Translations under genes and position numbers: made by a program
Assembly: GCF_001186125.1 (NCBI RefSeq)
Contig: NW_014040196.1
Coordinates: 7,834-46,133 of the forward strand
Reading direction: 5' to 3'
Length of the DNA: 38,300 bases
Source: Sphaeroforma arctica JP610
Lineage: Eukaryota
In this document: positions 1 to 38,300 of the stretch, piece after piece
How positions within the stretch are numbered: the first letter of the stretch is position 1
Layout of the letters: each line of letters opens with the position of its first letter
Notes under the pieces: generated by a model
Seen by the model: the letters and a program-made list of their open reading frames with translations, nothing else
Told to the model about the DNA's origin: nothing
Databases searched by the model: none

Positions 1-173
1 TATATACATTTATATTATGTATGTATAGGTTGATATATATATGAATATATATATATATATATATATATTTAATGTATGCATCTGTGTAGTTATATATTTG
101 AGTGTATAATTACATCTATATATATATATCTATACATATATAAATATATATATGGATTATATATATATATGTT

Positions 174-219
<46 letters not shown>

Positions 220-225
220 TACATT

Positions 226-270
<45 letters not shown>

Positions 271-550
271 TATATGTATATATCTATTCATGATATATCT
301 ATGTATCTTAATATATTTATAGATGTATATATTTATATACATACACACATACACACACACACTCTGTATATATATATACATATTTATATCTGTATATATA
401 TATACATATATATATCTGTATATATATTTACATATATATATATATAGTACTTGTTTCAATTTATATTTAAATATATACAAATCATGAAAAGTATTTATGA
501 ATGGAAGTATAAATATATATTCATATATACATACTATATATATAAATATA
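1..550. repeat. Degenerate (TA)n microsatellite
   Basis: Long interrupted TATATA tract downstream of the oxidoreductase stop. Confidence 0.95.
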
Positions 551-715
551 TGTGTGTTTATAACCCTAATGCAGACCAAAAGGGATATATGCATTCGGCG
601 GAATGACCAATATCAATGCACTATAAACTTTCGGATAAGTATCGTTGTTTGTCAAGTGGTTTTATGTTTATTTTTTACTCTTTTAAGTTTCTCGGAATTC
701 GTATGTTTATATCGA

Positions 716-4130
<3,415 letters not shown>

Positions 4131-4210
4131 CTTGTATTTAGATTTATATTACGAGTACACTAGTGACCGATATAGTATGAATTTGTTGCGCTGTCCGTCA
4201 TTGTTTACGC

Positions 4211-4217
4211 TTATATA
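4211..4217 (-). promoter_or_regulatory. Candidate TATA box (TATATAA) about 80 bp upstream of the oxidoreductase ATG
   Basis: Plus ttatata reads TATATAA on the gene strand; position is plausible but the motif is common in AT-rich DNA. Confidence 0.3.
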
Positions 4218-4427
4218 GCCGTGCGACAGTCGCATAGTTCGTAGAGTATTTACAAACTATTTACAAACGACAAATAATTCCCAATCAGGCTTCAACAAGA
4301 AGTCGTCAACATTATTTATAATGCAATGATGATTGTATTTATTTCTAGGGTTTTAGGTTTTTTAAATGTTTACTAATTATTTTACAAACAACAGAAGTCA
4401 CGGGTTGAGTCTATGGCGAGAAAGTTG

Positions 4428-4437
4428 CCATATATGG
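4428..4437. promoter_or_regulatory. Perfect CArG box CCATATATGG (MADS/SRF-type site) beside a GC-rich patch, ~300 bp upstream of the oxidoreductase
   Basis: Matches CC(A/T)6GG exactly; followed by GC-rich 4440-4515 with palindrome gtcggcgccgac. Confidence 0.25.
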
Positions 4438-5612
4438 TAGGCGGCACGCGACAAACACGGCGGTCGGCGCCGACGGCCCGACGCGCAGCGTCAATTCGGT
4501 TTGCTGCCCCACGCAGTAAACGTTGAACGTATATGTAAAAATGATTAAATTTTATACGTTTCTAACGCATAAACCATAGCCTGTGCATAATAAATATTTA
4601 AACACAAAACGTTCTCTTGATTGATCACTTGTAAAGTATAAAATAAACAGAGAGCGATACATAAAAGAAAGTTTTTCGAGAATATGCATAGTCGATGGCC
4701 GGCGCATATCCGTCATCATTTCTGGTTTTTAGAAAAAGACAAAAACAAAAAAAACGTACACATCCCCCGTTCGAGTCTTCCCCCCCCAGGCCCCAGCCCC
4801 AGGACTATTTACTAAATATTAAATATTTGGAGAGGAGTCAAGAGGGACCAGAGACGGCAAAGAGCTGAAACTGGCACTTGCCCATTGCATCTAGGGTTTC
4901 ATTATTTCTATAGTCACTTTGGGTTTGTGATCCATACATACGTGGATTATTTAAACATTTTAATTTTTCTAAGAACCCGTGTGCGTTGTATGTATGCACA
5001 CAGCTGGCTTCACGCATGTGCGGTTTCGTGTGCATAGTGGACTGTTGAGCATGTCAGTTATGTGTGGCAATCGGTTTACGTGTATCGTCTGTGTACACTG
5101 TACACTGATGTATCGTCTATCTGCACTGAAATGGTGCAGTCATGCAGTGCTTTTTATATAATCACTTCGCCACCGCTTCCCGTCCGGAAACAGCTCGACA
5201 AGTATGTGGCGCCAGGCGTCAGCTGGGAGCCCCTCATAGTAAAGCTCATGTTTACAGGTGAAACAGGAGACCTCTGGTTATACTCACAACTAGATGTAAC
5301 TGTACGCTTCATTCTAACCTGCACGGTCACGGTCGTGTATATATATCACACAACCGCTCCATAGTGACAGCCCAAATTTGCACAACCACTCAATGAATAA
5401 GGGTACAAGGTTCTATACATTGGCGGAACCACTACATGCGGGGTATCCTTTTGTTTGATAATGTAACACAAGTAGCGTTTTTTAACTAGCCAGTGCCCAC
5501 TCGATCACCCAAAGTGCATATACATATATACAAACCTAAATCTAGAATTGATGTGTATTTATGCATTGAATTGATGCATATACATATACATATGCGTATA
5601 CTTGACACCCAC

Positions 5613-6255
5613 ATTGACGCGACGGTAGGTCGGACTGATATTTTTTGTCGTGTACTAATTTCTCTCTCCTTAGGAGAACGATCTATAGACACAGCCGCCA
5701 CCACAACCAAGTAGCTAACAGTACCACACAGCAACCGCGACAGCCAAGTACCCAACAGGGCTACAGTGGCCCAGTAGCTATCTGTGCAACAGTGGTCAAT
5801 AACCGAAGAGCGCCCGCAGCCACAGCCATTCGTGACTACGCACTGTTATGATTGAGACCCAGGTTGGTCGTGAATGTCATGTGCACATTTGCTGCAATGG
5901 TGGTAGCCTTAACGTTGACCTTGTTGGAAGTCATATTATCGCAGGCACGTACGTAGGTTTTATTGCTACCGTCACGTATGCGTTTAGTTATCATAGCTAC
6001 AGCACTCATACAGACACTGTATAGATATGCAAACTTCAATTAAATTGTACATATGTGACATGAGGGTTTGTGCAGTTCCCTATATATGTACTGCAATCTT
6101 TCAATGCAATGAGAGTGTGGCACATCTCACAGTATCTGACGAATCGAAAGTATTGCGTATATTCCGGTATGAATTCTTATCCGTCGCACAAGAATTGTCC
6201 TGATACACAAACGGGCATCGGTTGTTGTTAAATTGTAATCTGCAATGATCTTGAC
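5613..6255 (-). CDS. Possible partial orphan membrane glycoprotein (fragmentary model)
   Basis: Exons 5996-5844 and 5781-~5613 join in frame across a 62-nt GT-AG intron: ...RDGSNKTYVRACDNMTS...GLNHNNSYWATVALLGTWLSRLLCGTVSYLVVVAAVSIDRSPKERE. N-x-S/T sequons precede a hydrophobic segment. A possible upstream exon VKIIADYNLTTTDA lies near 6255. No family recognised. Confidence 0.3.
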
Positions 6256-6288
6256 CTGGGGACCATCAGAATACGTTACCGTGGAAGG

Positions 6289-6290
<2 letters not shown>

Positions 6291-6332
<42 letters not shown>

Positions 6333-6343
6333 GTGTGTGTGTG
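6291..6343. repeat. (CA)n followed by inverted (TG)n at a gap edge
   Basis: acacac...acat gtgtgtgtg, then N gap 6344-7046. Confidence 0.9.
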
Positions 6344-7155
6344 NNNNNNNNNNNNNNNNNNNNNNNNNNNNNNNNNNNNNNNNNNNNNNNNNNNNNNNNN
6401 NNNNNNNNNNNNNNNNNNNNNNNNNNNNNNNNNNNNNNNNNNNNNNNNNNNNNNNNNNNNNNNNNNNNNNNNNNNNNNNNNNNNNNNNNNNNNNNNNNNN
6501 NNNNNNNNNNNNNNNNNNNNNNNNNNNNNNNNNNNNNNNNNNNNNNNNNNNNNNNNNNNNNNNNNNNNNNNNNNNNNNNNNNNNNNNNNNNNNNNNNNNN
6601 NNNNNNNNNNNNNNNNNNNNNNNNNNNNNNNNNNNNNNNNNNNNNNNNNNNNNNNNNNNNNNNNNNNNNNNNNNNNNNNNNNNNNNNNNNNNNNNNNNNN
6701 NNNNNNNNNNNNNNNNNNNNNNNNNNNNNNNNNNNNNNNNNNNNNNNNNNNNNNNNNNNNNNNNNNNNNNNNNNNNNNNNNNNNNNNNNNNNNNNNNNNN
6801 NNNNNNNNNNNNNNNNNNNNNNNNNNNNNNNNNNNNNNNNNNNNNNNNNNNNNNNNNNNNNNNNNNNNNNNNNNNNNNNNNNNNNNNNNNNNNNNNNNNN
6901 NNNNNNNNNNNNNNNNNNNNNNNNNNNNNNNNNNNNNNNNNNNNNNNNNNNNNNNNNNNNNNNNNNNNNNNNNNNNNNNNNNNNNNNNNNNNNNNNNNNN
7001 NNNNNNNNNNNNNNNNNNNNNNNNNNNNNNNNNNNNNNNNNNNNNNATATATATGTATATGTATAATAATATATATATATATATGTATGAGTGGGTATAC
7101 CTCCATCCCTAATCAGCATAATGTGCTCCTCTCAATAAATATTTAAAGCGTCAGG

Positions 7156-29455
<22,300 letters not shown>

Positions 29456-30714
29456 GTGGGGAGGGATTCGCATGACCAGCCATCTGGATGCAGACAACGG
29501 TCGAAAAGTTGTCTTAGGGTTTAGGGTTTTGTTTTTAAGTATTCTAACGATACATATTACCATTAGCCTCAACCGGCGCACCATGGGCACAGAGCAAGCG
29601 CACGAGCACTGCAGAATAAAGTGATATCTGTCAGTGTGATAATCAACTTATGCGACTGTGTAAATGTGCAATACATATGACTTCAGCCCAGACGAGCACA
29701 GCAGAATAAAGTGTTACCCTGTCAACTANNNNNNNNNNNNNNNNNNNNATACAACCTAGGCGTCTGAGTGATATCTTTCAGTGTGATGATCAACTTACAA
29801 CCTATGCGTCTGAGTGAATCTGCAATACGTACTACTTTATCCCAAACGCGCACTGCAGAATCGTGCTCGTCGTTATATTTCATTTGCTTTTTGAATCGTA
29901 ATACACTCAATACAAATCTTACAGCGCATTCTCATCGTATGCTCACCGATGAACTGCACATGTGCATGTCACCATGACACTCACAGTGTCTGAGCATGCA
30001 GCGGCATCAACGCTTTGACTTCTGGCAGATGGGTAGCGGAACTACTGACATTCAGGTGGCATTGTTTAAGAACGATGTCGGAACACATACAAACAACATC
30101 AGATTCAGAAATGATTCAATACCAAAAAGGCTGGTGCTGAGTATTCGGTGAGATGTGTTGCATATGAACGTTTATTCTTAAATTTGAAACAGAGGCACAA
30201 AACTTTGCGCTGCTCTTTTTCAGGTTAAACGAAGCGCAATGGACTCTCAGAAAAGAAAGATTTTTTATTGAGGTGGCAGATTTAATTATAGATCGATGGT
30301 GACCGATTGGTGGCACTACTGATAGCTACCAAAATGTGCGCCTTATTCTTCATATGAAATTCTGAGAGCTCACAAGTACAACAGAAAGGCATGTATGATA
30401 CCTGCTTATTAGTTACGCCCACAAACCACAACAGACGATGCACATGGTATCGTCGAGGTGTATTCGCCACAAGGTGTCGGCGTAGTGTGTGAGCCATTTC
30501 AGCAGCACTTGCGAAATGCCACTGTATTTGATTGGCCCCAGGTGATTGCGTTGTCACGTCTTTCTAAACCCTTTTCTGTACTACTTGTAACCGACTGTGG
30601 ATTGTTGACCTAGTTAAATAATATGTAGCGACTAGGCTAATGCATGCATCAAAGGTGCTATCTTTGTGTGCACTAATACATCAAATGAATATCTGGACAT
30701 TGTTGTTGACCGAA

Positions 30715-31175
30715 CTTCAGTATATCACTTCAATATATCATTTCAGTATACCAATTGAGTATATTACTTCAGTATAACACTTCAGTATACCTCTGCAGTA
30801 CATCACTTCAGTATATACTTCGGTATGCCACTGCAGTATATCACTTCAGTATGTCACTTCAGTATACCACTGCAGTATATCACTTCAGTTTATCACTTCA
30901 GTATACCACTGCAGTATATCACTTCAGTATATCACCTCAGTATATCACTTCAGTATATCACTTCAGTATACTACTGCAGTATATCACTTCAGTATATCAT
31001 TTCCAGTCCATCACCTACGTCTATCACTTCAGTCACTTCAATAGATCACTTCAGTATATGACTTCAGAATATGACTTCAGTTTATCACTTCCCTACATCA
31101 TTTCAATATATCCCTTCCAGTCCATCACTTCAGTCTATCAGTTCAATCTTTTACTTCAGTATATCACTGCAGTAT
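30715..31175 (+). repeat. 13-bp intergenic minisatellite cagtatatcactt
   Basis: About 30 degenerate copies between the TAF1 and TAF4 stops. Confidence 0.92.
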
Positions 31176-32478
31176 TGGCACATTGCCGCGCACTTCCTGT
31201 TGCGTTGCCTTCGCGTTGTCTGTGCTGGTTTGGGTTCGTGCCTTGAAACTTTCTAGAGAAAGAAGAATTGAAGCTTTAAACGTATTCTAGAGAAAGAAGA
31301 ACTGAAGCATTGCAGTGCGTCGCTTGCCCTCTGTTTCAGTTAACCAAGAACAATGACTGGGCGTGTGATGACACGCTACCAACGGTCTGTCGTTTTATTG
31401 AAATTAGAATATTTCTTTTTTTGCTACGCTATTTCTTGTTGGTACTCTGCAGTTCTTCTTCAAAAGTGAAGAATGCGATACTAAACTAGCGAGGTGGGTG
31501 AGAGGAGTTTTCCTGATTTTCCGATGACAAATGTGACCCTCTTCTTGGTCCACCGTCGCTTTATATACCGTACCAGTCGATTTAAGCGTTCGAACCCTAA
31601 AACTATAAAGCCTTAATCGTATTCTGTGTTGTATATTGCGTGCTTGGATCAAATCTTATCAATTTGACCGTCTAACTATTTGAAGCGGTTTCACCCCCGG
31701 GAAAAAACATTATCATCCTCTACCTATTTGCAGGGGTTTAACCCCCGGGAAAACCCATTCTCATCTTTGTTTCTCCTCCCGTCATATTTCACCGAGCTAG
31801 GACTGCGTTCCCGGCTGTGTTGTGTGTGTTGGCACATGGTGACGTGAGTGCGCTGGTACTGACTTCATGGGCCGAGTGCGACAGTCACTATGACGTGGCT
31901 TGGCTGCGCATACATTGCATTCGCGCGACACCGTAGTCTCAGTACAGAACCTTCCGCACAACTGTTAAAACTTGCAAGATTGTAATTTCCTGGTGAACGG
32001 CTAATGTCCGACCGTTTAGGGTTTCCGACCTTGTGATGTTCGGGTGAGTGAAATTGTGGGCAATTGGCCGGTGGCACGATGCGAGGTGAAAAATGTACCT
32101 TCTATGTTATCAAGGTCCCTTCACATTTACTGTGGCGACACTGTCATGACACACTCAGAGGGATTGGCACTGCCGTCACCATATGCCACACGGCACTCTA
32201 TAGTATGGGACATACACACCCCCGCATAGCCCATCTAATTGCAGCGTAGGAGTGGGTTGCATACAGCAATGTGTCGGTGTTGCGTCTTCGCCCATGCGAT
32301 GCGAATTCCCACTGATATGATATGTGCCACTCAATGAGAGAGACTTCAGTCATCGCCATAATCCAGCAGCTCCACAGCGCACTGATAGACTAGGGTTAAG
32401 GGTTTTTGAGGACAGGGTTTAGGGTGTAGGGTTTAACCCACAGTTGTGGCTATACACGTGTACGCCAGTCACAGGCTC

Positions 32479-35400
32479 TCATAACTTCTCCGATTGAGCA
32501 GTCGCCGTTAGTTCGGCTGTAATATGTTCCGAACTTTCGTCCAGGCGTTTCAGATACGACGCGTACAACAGCTTAGAGCTGCGCAGTGCCGCATTGCTTT
32601 CCATGTACTCCAACAGATCACACAGTTTGATCGTGCGCGTAGGGACGACAGGGTTGTCATTGGCACTTGCAGTGGCAGTGGTTGCATTGTGCTGAGGGTC
32701 TCCCGTGGCACTTGTATCGTCGTGTGTGTTGGTGACAGTTTGTGCCTTTGTGTTTGTGTTTAAATTCGTATTCGTATTCGTATTTGCATTTGCATTTGCA
32801 TTTGCGTTCGCGTTTGTATTTGTATGCGCAGAGGTATTGTCCTTGCCTGTGGATTCGTCGTCGGCTGCGCTGGTGCTATTGTTTGCTGTGCTGAGTGGTG
32901 TGTTACTATCGCCTGCGTGTGCTGTGCTGAGTGGTGTGTTACTATCGCCTGCGTGTGCTGTGTTGGGGGAGGGGAGTGTAGGTAAGTTTGGCGTCTACGT
33001 GAAAGTACGACAACGAAGGCACACAGCCATTCCGTAGCAGGCTCAATGCGCTCAAGTAGAAGGTGTGCCGTGCTAAACCACTATCAATGTGACAATACTG
33101 TATGTTGGAGTACACGCATGCTGGGGTTTTTAGGTTGTTAGAGTCTAGCGCTTTCAATGAATCCTGAAGCAACAAGCGTCAACAAACGTGTGACATACAG
33201 TGTGCAGCACATGGCCACATACCGTTTGCACTGGCTCGGCTGTGTTGCTGTGGGCTGCCTTTGTCACCTGTCCGTTCGGAGGCTGCGTCGCCACTGGTCC
33301 TCGGGAGCACTCGACCTGCGAACAGTCTGAGAGAAATGGAAGGGACAGCAGTCAGCGACACTCACCGCATGTCACTCGACCCAACACACCAACAGAATAG
33401 TATGTGCACAAGCAACTCCACAGCTACTGACAAACACATCACACCACACTATGAACCACACAATGAACCACACAATGAACCACCGGTGGGTGCACTACAG
33501 GTGCAAGGGTGTGGGCTGTGGTGACTCAGACAGCCCGGACATAGAACGTCCAATGCTACACGAACACGGCTATTGTTTCAGGGTTCTAAAACCCTATGTA
33601 TTACGATCGTGTAACGTTCAGCGCATCGTACACATGAATATGAGGGAACCCCTACAGACAGTACACAAGAACAGTATCTAAGGAACAGGCAGTAGCCAAG
33701 GAGAACGGGAGAGAGCAACAGACTGCGGCGAAATGGCAGTATACGGATGACTGGACAAACTAACACCACAAGCACTGCCAGTGACAGCAAATCCCCAGTA
33801 AGTGCAAGTACTCCTAATGTCACGGGTAGTGCCATTGATGACAAGGGTCACAGACTGAGCACAACTGCCGCAGTGAACAAGCGCACTGTCGGTACATACA
33901 AACCAAACCGAACCAACCCACACCAACCCAAACCAATACAAACCAAACCAAACCAAACCAAACCATCCCAAACCAACCCAAACCGAGGGTACGGGACGAG
34001 TGCACTCGTTTGTAGCGACAGGGTGCACAGAGGAGACGCAACGCGGATCACTACGTCTTACGCTCAGCTGACAGATACGCTACACACCTTTGTTGCATTC
34101 GCAGTTGCGGATTTGGGTCGTACGTGTCATGTGTGCTCTTCAGATGTGGGCGATACACACCCGCTCGATGGTGACTGTTGGAAGAAAACGTAGACCATTG
34201 AAACGAATCATAAGGATCATGATTATCAGGATGAACTCATGGGGGTATCATATGACGATTTAGGGTTCTAGGGTTAAGGTCAGTCATGCAGTCTCCCGCA
34301 GAGCCCTCGGGATCTGACTAATCCAATGATGTATCGATGTGCCGTATACGCCGTGCGCTGTGGCTTCCCCTNACATTATACCGCCATACACACACTCACT
34401 CACTCACGCACGCACATATATATGTATATATATATATATATATATATGCATTGCATACCTGTTGCGCACGACATTCTCCAGCATATCCCGCAGCTGTTGC
34501 TGCATAGAGAAGGCTAAGTACTGGCACGCCTCCACAGCCACATTGCGCAGACCATTCTTACGGGCCACAGTGGCTATGCGGTATTTGAGTTCCATGAAGT
34601 TGCAGAACTGCTGCTCTTCTTGATCTTCAGTCTCCTCATCGTCGCCTTGCAGGTCATCTAGGATGGCATTCTCTTCCTCCTGCAGAGATAGTTTTAGGAT
34701 CTAGGGTTAATGCCAACCACATTCCAAAATTTGATTTAGGGTTAATGCCAATCACATTCCAGAATTAAATGAAGCGATGATGTCTCAGTAGGTTATGGCC
34801 ACATGTGTTCCGACACAGACACGACCAGTGCCCCACGAGCAGTTGCGCTCAGCTACACACTGAGGGCGTACCTCATTTGTTGAGTGTGAGCCTGTGCGGG
34901 CGGCAGTGCATGGGGTTTGCGGTAAACAAACTATACATGTACATACACTTTAACACCCTTTAACACCTTTTAACACACTTTAACATCTTTTAACACACTT
35001 TAACACAATTTAACACACTTTAACACACTTTAACACCCTTTAACACACTTTAAACCCCTTTCACACACTTTAACACCATTTAACACCATTTAGCACACTT
35101 CAACGCCCTTTAACACCCTTTAACACCCTTTGACAGACTTAAACACAATTTAACACCATTTAGCACACTTTAACGCCCTTTAACACCCTTTAACACACAT
35201 TTAACACCCTTTAACACCTTTTAACACCTTTTAACACACTTTTAACACCCTTTAACACACTCAACACCCCTTATAAACACCCTTAACACACTTTAACACC
35301 CTTAACACACTTTAACACCCTTAACACACTTTAACACCCTTCAACACACTTTAACACCCTTTAACACCCTTTTAACACACTTTATGCTCTATGCTCTGCG

Positions 35401-38046
35401 AGGTGATCACAATGCGAATGACGCTCAAGAATACGCCACAGGACGACATGGCGACTTCATTCGGCCGTGGTACAGTTTATAGCAACACTTTTCACTGACT
35501 GTCACATATCGTTGCTAGGGGCACCTGACTGTCACATATCGTTGCTAGGGACACCTGACTGTCACATATCGTTGCTAAGGACACCTGACTGTCACATATC
35601 GTTGCTAGGGACACGCAGGTAGCACATTGGAGCCATTGGAGCCATTCATACTCCTGATGGGCACATACCTCCATATCCACACCAGCTATCTTAGTAACAT
35701 CATCGATGTCTTCCGCATCGGATTCGCCACCCTTCTTGGCTTTTTTAGCTGGTCTGCATGAGATGGTAAGGTTTCAGGGTTCCAGGGTTTAAGAGTCATA
35801 GGGTTTGCATGGTTCATTAGAAGGGCTGAAAAGTATTCGATCACTTCAGTGGTCTTCACAGCGAGCGTAGCTTTGGCTTCCTGGCAGTGAGTCATTACAT
35901 TGCACTCTGCCTGCAGATGAACGAGCTTAGAGATAGTTAAGTGATTCATCAGTGCCTCTCTGCAGCATAGTCACATCAAATACGTCTTAATACGTAAACG
36001 TCCATACAACACACTCTCTGGTCTACTCTCGTAAGCCAACGCAAAGGTGTTGCGAAGGGACGATGCATTCTGCAATTCTCAGTCAATACATTTATAAATT
36101 AGTTGAGGCACATGGAAGGCTATCAAATCTGATACGTTTTGCTGTTGCGCTATATCCGCGTGGTCTCCCTTACCACGCTAACTGCAACTCGACGTTCACT
36201 AGAGCTTTATACAATACACATGATACGGCACAAATTTTTACGTAAATTGGCAAGTCGATAATACGTACATTGGCAAGTAGATAATACTTAAATTGCCAAG
36301 TAGATAATACGTAATGCCAAGTAGATAATAGGTAAACTGCCATCTGAACGAGATGACCCAATTGCAGGGAATATATGTGTGCTCAACTGCCTGGGGATTG
36401 TAGGTAGCGTAGCACGTGGTGTTGTCGCCAATAGACGTAATGTGGTATGTCTTAACATGTCCCCCAACAAATACAGCGCTATCTCTTTACAGACCAACAC
36501 AAAGACCACAACAGCCATACACTCCATGAAAAACATGGTCATGTGCACCCAGAGGCAGAACACCATACCACACAATAACATCATATCACCCAATACCATC
36601 ACACAACATAACAGTCATACGCTCCATGAAAACATGGTCATGTGCACCCACAAGCACAACACCATACCACACAATAATATCATATCAAACAATACCATCA
36701 TACCACACAATAACATCATATCACACAATACCATCATACCACACAACAGCCATACGCTTCATGAAAACATGGTCATGTGCACCCAGAAGCACAACACCAT
36801 ACCACACAATAACATCGTAACACACAATACCATCATACAACACAACAGCCATACGCCCCATGGGAAACATGGACATGTGCACCAACACCTTGTCACATGA
36901 CACTGTTACGCTGTTTTGAAGTCCTCTTACTTTGAATTTGCCGCTGAGCCCGAAGAGAGGCGTTTGGTGGCTGTTGCAGCTGTTGCAGTTGTTGCAGTGG
37001 GTGCAGTTGTAGCTGTGGCTTCGGCGGGTTCCGTGTCTGCGTTTGGGGCGAGTCCAGCTTTCTTGTACACCTGCAGTTGATCAACGTTAGTGTTACATGA
37101 TAACTCCATAGAGAGTGAGACACTGCATTTTGGTGCCACATGTGTCAGAAGCAGTAGATACAAAACTGCGACATCGTTATACATAGTAGCGTACTGTGTG
37201 TGCTAGGTTTGTAAACCCTAAAACCCTAAAACCAAAAACGGGAACAAACAGCTTAAACATGATCAGATATACGCATGGCTGCTGTCTGTTCTGTCTGCAT
37301 CACCCATTCAGACTGCGCGTTGTACGATTTCCCGCACAAATAAAGCCTGGACAGATACTGTGTGTGCACAGGTGCTCCATTTCTTGGGCACGCCGAGGTG
37401 AATATATGTACAACATTCCGCACGTTAGGATTTGGCGGCAACGCATGTAATCACACAACAAAGAGCTACACGGGCCAGTACACGCCTCTCTCGTTTGCGT
37501 TAATAGACGCAGGTAAACAATAGTGCAGGGTTTTACGGTTTTGGGTTCTAGGGCTTAGTTTGTGGGTTTGTGGAGTATAAGGTTTTTAAGGTTTAGGACT
37601 TTGGCTAAACTCATACGAGTCATTTTGTATCGATACAATGGCGAATTCCTTGGAATCCAAGGCAACATCACACAGCACTACTTCCCAATCAAACGATCAG
37701 CAGCAAGCCAACTATTACACACACAATTGGAACCACTGCTCAACGCGACAGCCACATGGAGTGTGTGAGTACCCTGGGACATCTTATGCGAAACCCAACA
37801 AACCCAAGCGCTCACAACCCATCAAACCCAAGCGCTTACAGCCCAACAAACCCAAGCACTCACAACCCAACAAAGCCAAGCACCCACAGCCCAACAAAGC
37901 CAAGCGCTCACCTCCTGCAATTCCGCCACTATTTCAGAGTTGCGCCCTAAGATCGCAGTCATCTGCTCCGTTACTTCAACTGCCCTCGCTGCATCCTCTA
38001 AGTGTACCTTCAATTCATCATAACGAACACCCAACTCGTGCGCTTC
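32479..38046 (-). CDS. TAF4: Transcription initiation factor TFIID subunit 4 (TAF4); 5' end probably outside the window
   Basis: Exons 38046-37912, 37070-36931, 35753-35669, 34679-34459, 34174-34088, 33326-33223, 32957-32479 (stop); total 1251 nt in frame. Motifs: EDIDDVTKIAGVDMEEEENAIL (TAF4 DINDVxxxAGVNLxEE), histone fold FCNFMELKYRIATVARKNGLRNVAVEACQYLAFSMQQQLRDMLENV, and C-terminal RTIKLCDLLEYMESNAALRSSKLLYASYLK (TAF4 conserved C-terminal domain). Confidence 0.88.
33899..33985. repeat. (AAACC)n pentamer microsatellite in a TAF4 intron
   Basis: Direct reading. Confidence 0.9.
34944..35382. repeat. ~11-bp minisatellite tttaacacMct in a TAF4 intron
   Basis: About 40 degenerate copies. Confidence 0.92.
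35495..35614. repeat. 30-bp repeat x4 in a TAF4 intron
   Basis: ctgactgtcacatatcgttgctagggacac. Confidence 0.93.
36508..36890. repeat. Compound tandem repeat in a TAF4 intron
   Basis: acagccatac..tccatgaaaacatggtcatgtgcaccc recurs 4 times with accatcataccacacaata sub-repeats. Confidence 0.88.
37792..37911 (-). repeat. 24-bp repeat x5 starting at the TAF4 donor (GAG|gtgagc)
   Basis: Minus unit gtgagcgcttggctttgttgggct. Confidence 0.9.
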
Positions 38047-38300
38047 CTGTGATTAAACCACATGAGAGAAATAATAAAGTAAACTGCGGACCATGCACGC
38101 ACTCCAGTTCAGTGGGCTTAATCAAATGTGCAGCCTCGAACCAGAAAGTGAAGTTAACTCCCAATACCAGCAATAGCAGAGAAGATATTTCGTTGAGTCT
38201 AAGAGAAGCCGACAGGTTAAACTGTAGTAGGTGTACAATCCTACAAACGTAATTGTATAGCAATTTTGTTGACGATGTACATTTATATACATATATATAT

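Noticed and set aside
76..594. YI/IY-rich ORFs, and similar ORFs at 15420-15759, 24150-25300, 30755-31256 and 36288-36903
   Set aside because: Translations of micro- or minisatellites.
29750..32400. Additional gene between TAF1 and TAF4
   Set aside because: Only short ORFs with no motifs or consistent exon chain; more likely UTR or intergenic DNA.
33747..34193. 148-aa plus-strand Thr/Ser/Pro-rich ORF
   Set aside because: Antisense to TAF4 and partly an (AAACC)n microsatellite.
34404..34595. Histone fold as TADA1/SAGA subunit
   Set aside because: The upstream DIDDVTKIAGVD motif and the C-terminal IKLCDLL..LLY motif identify TAF4.
37638..38252. 204-aa plus-strand ORF with PNKPKxSQ repeats
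   Set aside because: Antisense to a TAF4 exon and intron; openness largely explained by the 24-bp repeat; no recognisable family.

Overview
Eukaryotic, intron-rich draft-genome DNA with 7 N-gaps; no prokaryotic genes, CRISPR array, RNA gene or recognisable transposase. Three spliced genes were rebuilt by hand from GT-AG junctions with consistent phases. (1) A 6-exon NADP-dependent alkenal/prostaglandin-reductase-type MDR oxidoreductase (minus, 716-4130). (2) A ~24-exon TFIID subunit 1 gene (TAF1, plus, ~7156-29455) with the DUF3591/TAF7-binding core and a zinc knuckle but no visible bromodomains; it ends in three SIM-like (V/Y/C)IDVD motifs. (3) TFIID subunit 4 (TAF4, minus, 32479 to beyond 38046), tail-to-tail with TAF1. 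A weak orphan membrane-protein model lies at ~5600-6260. The animal-like TAF1 motifs suggest an opisthokont, perhaps a unicellular holozoan such as an ichthyosporean (inference only). The most unusual signal is non-coding. Dozens of short degenerate TTTAGGG/CCCTAAA tracts are scattered through the window, many sitting exactly between the two copies of a direct duplication. Many intronic tandem arrays are built from copies of the adjacent splice junction itself (9 of 23 TAF1 donors, 3 of 23 acceptors, plus TAF4 sites). Together these suggest a telomere-repeat-patched duplication/repair process that inflates introns and fills them with decoy splice sites.
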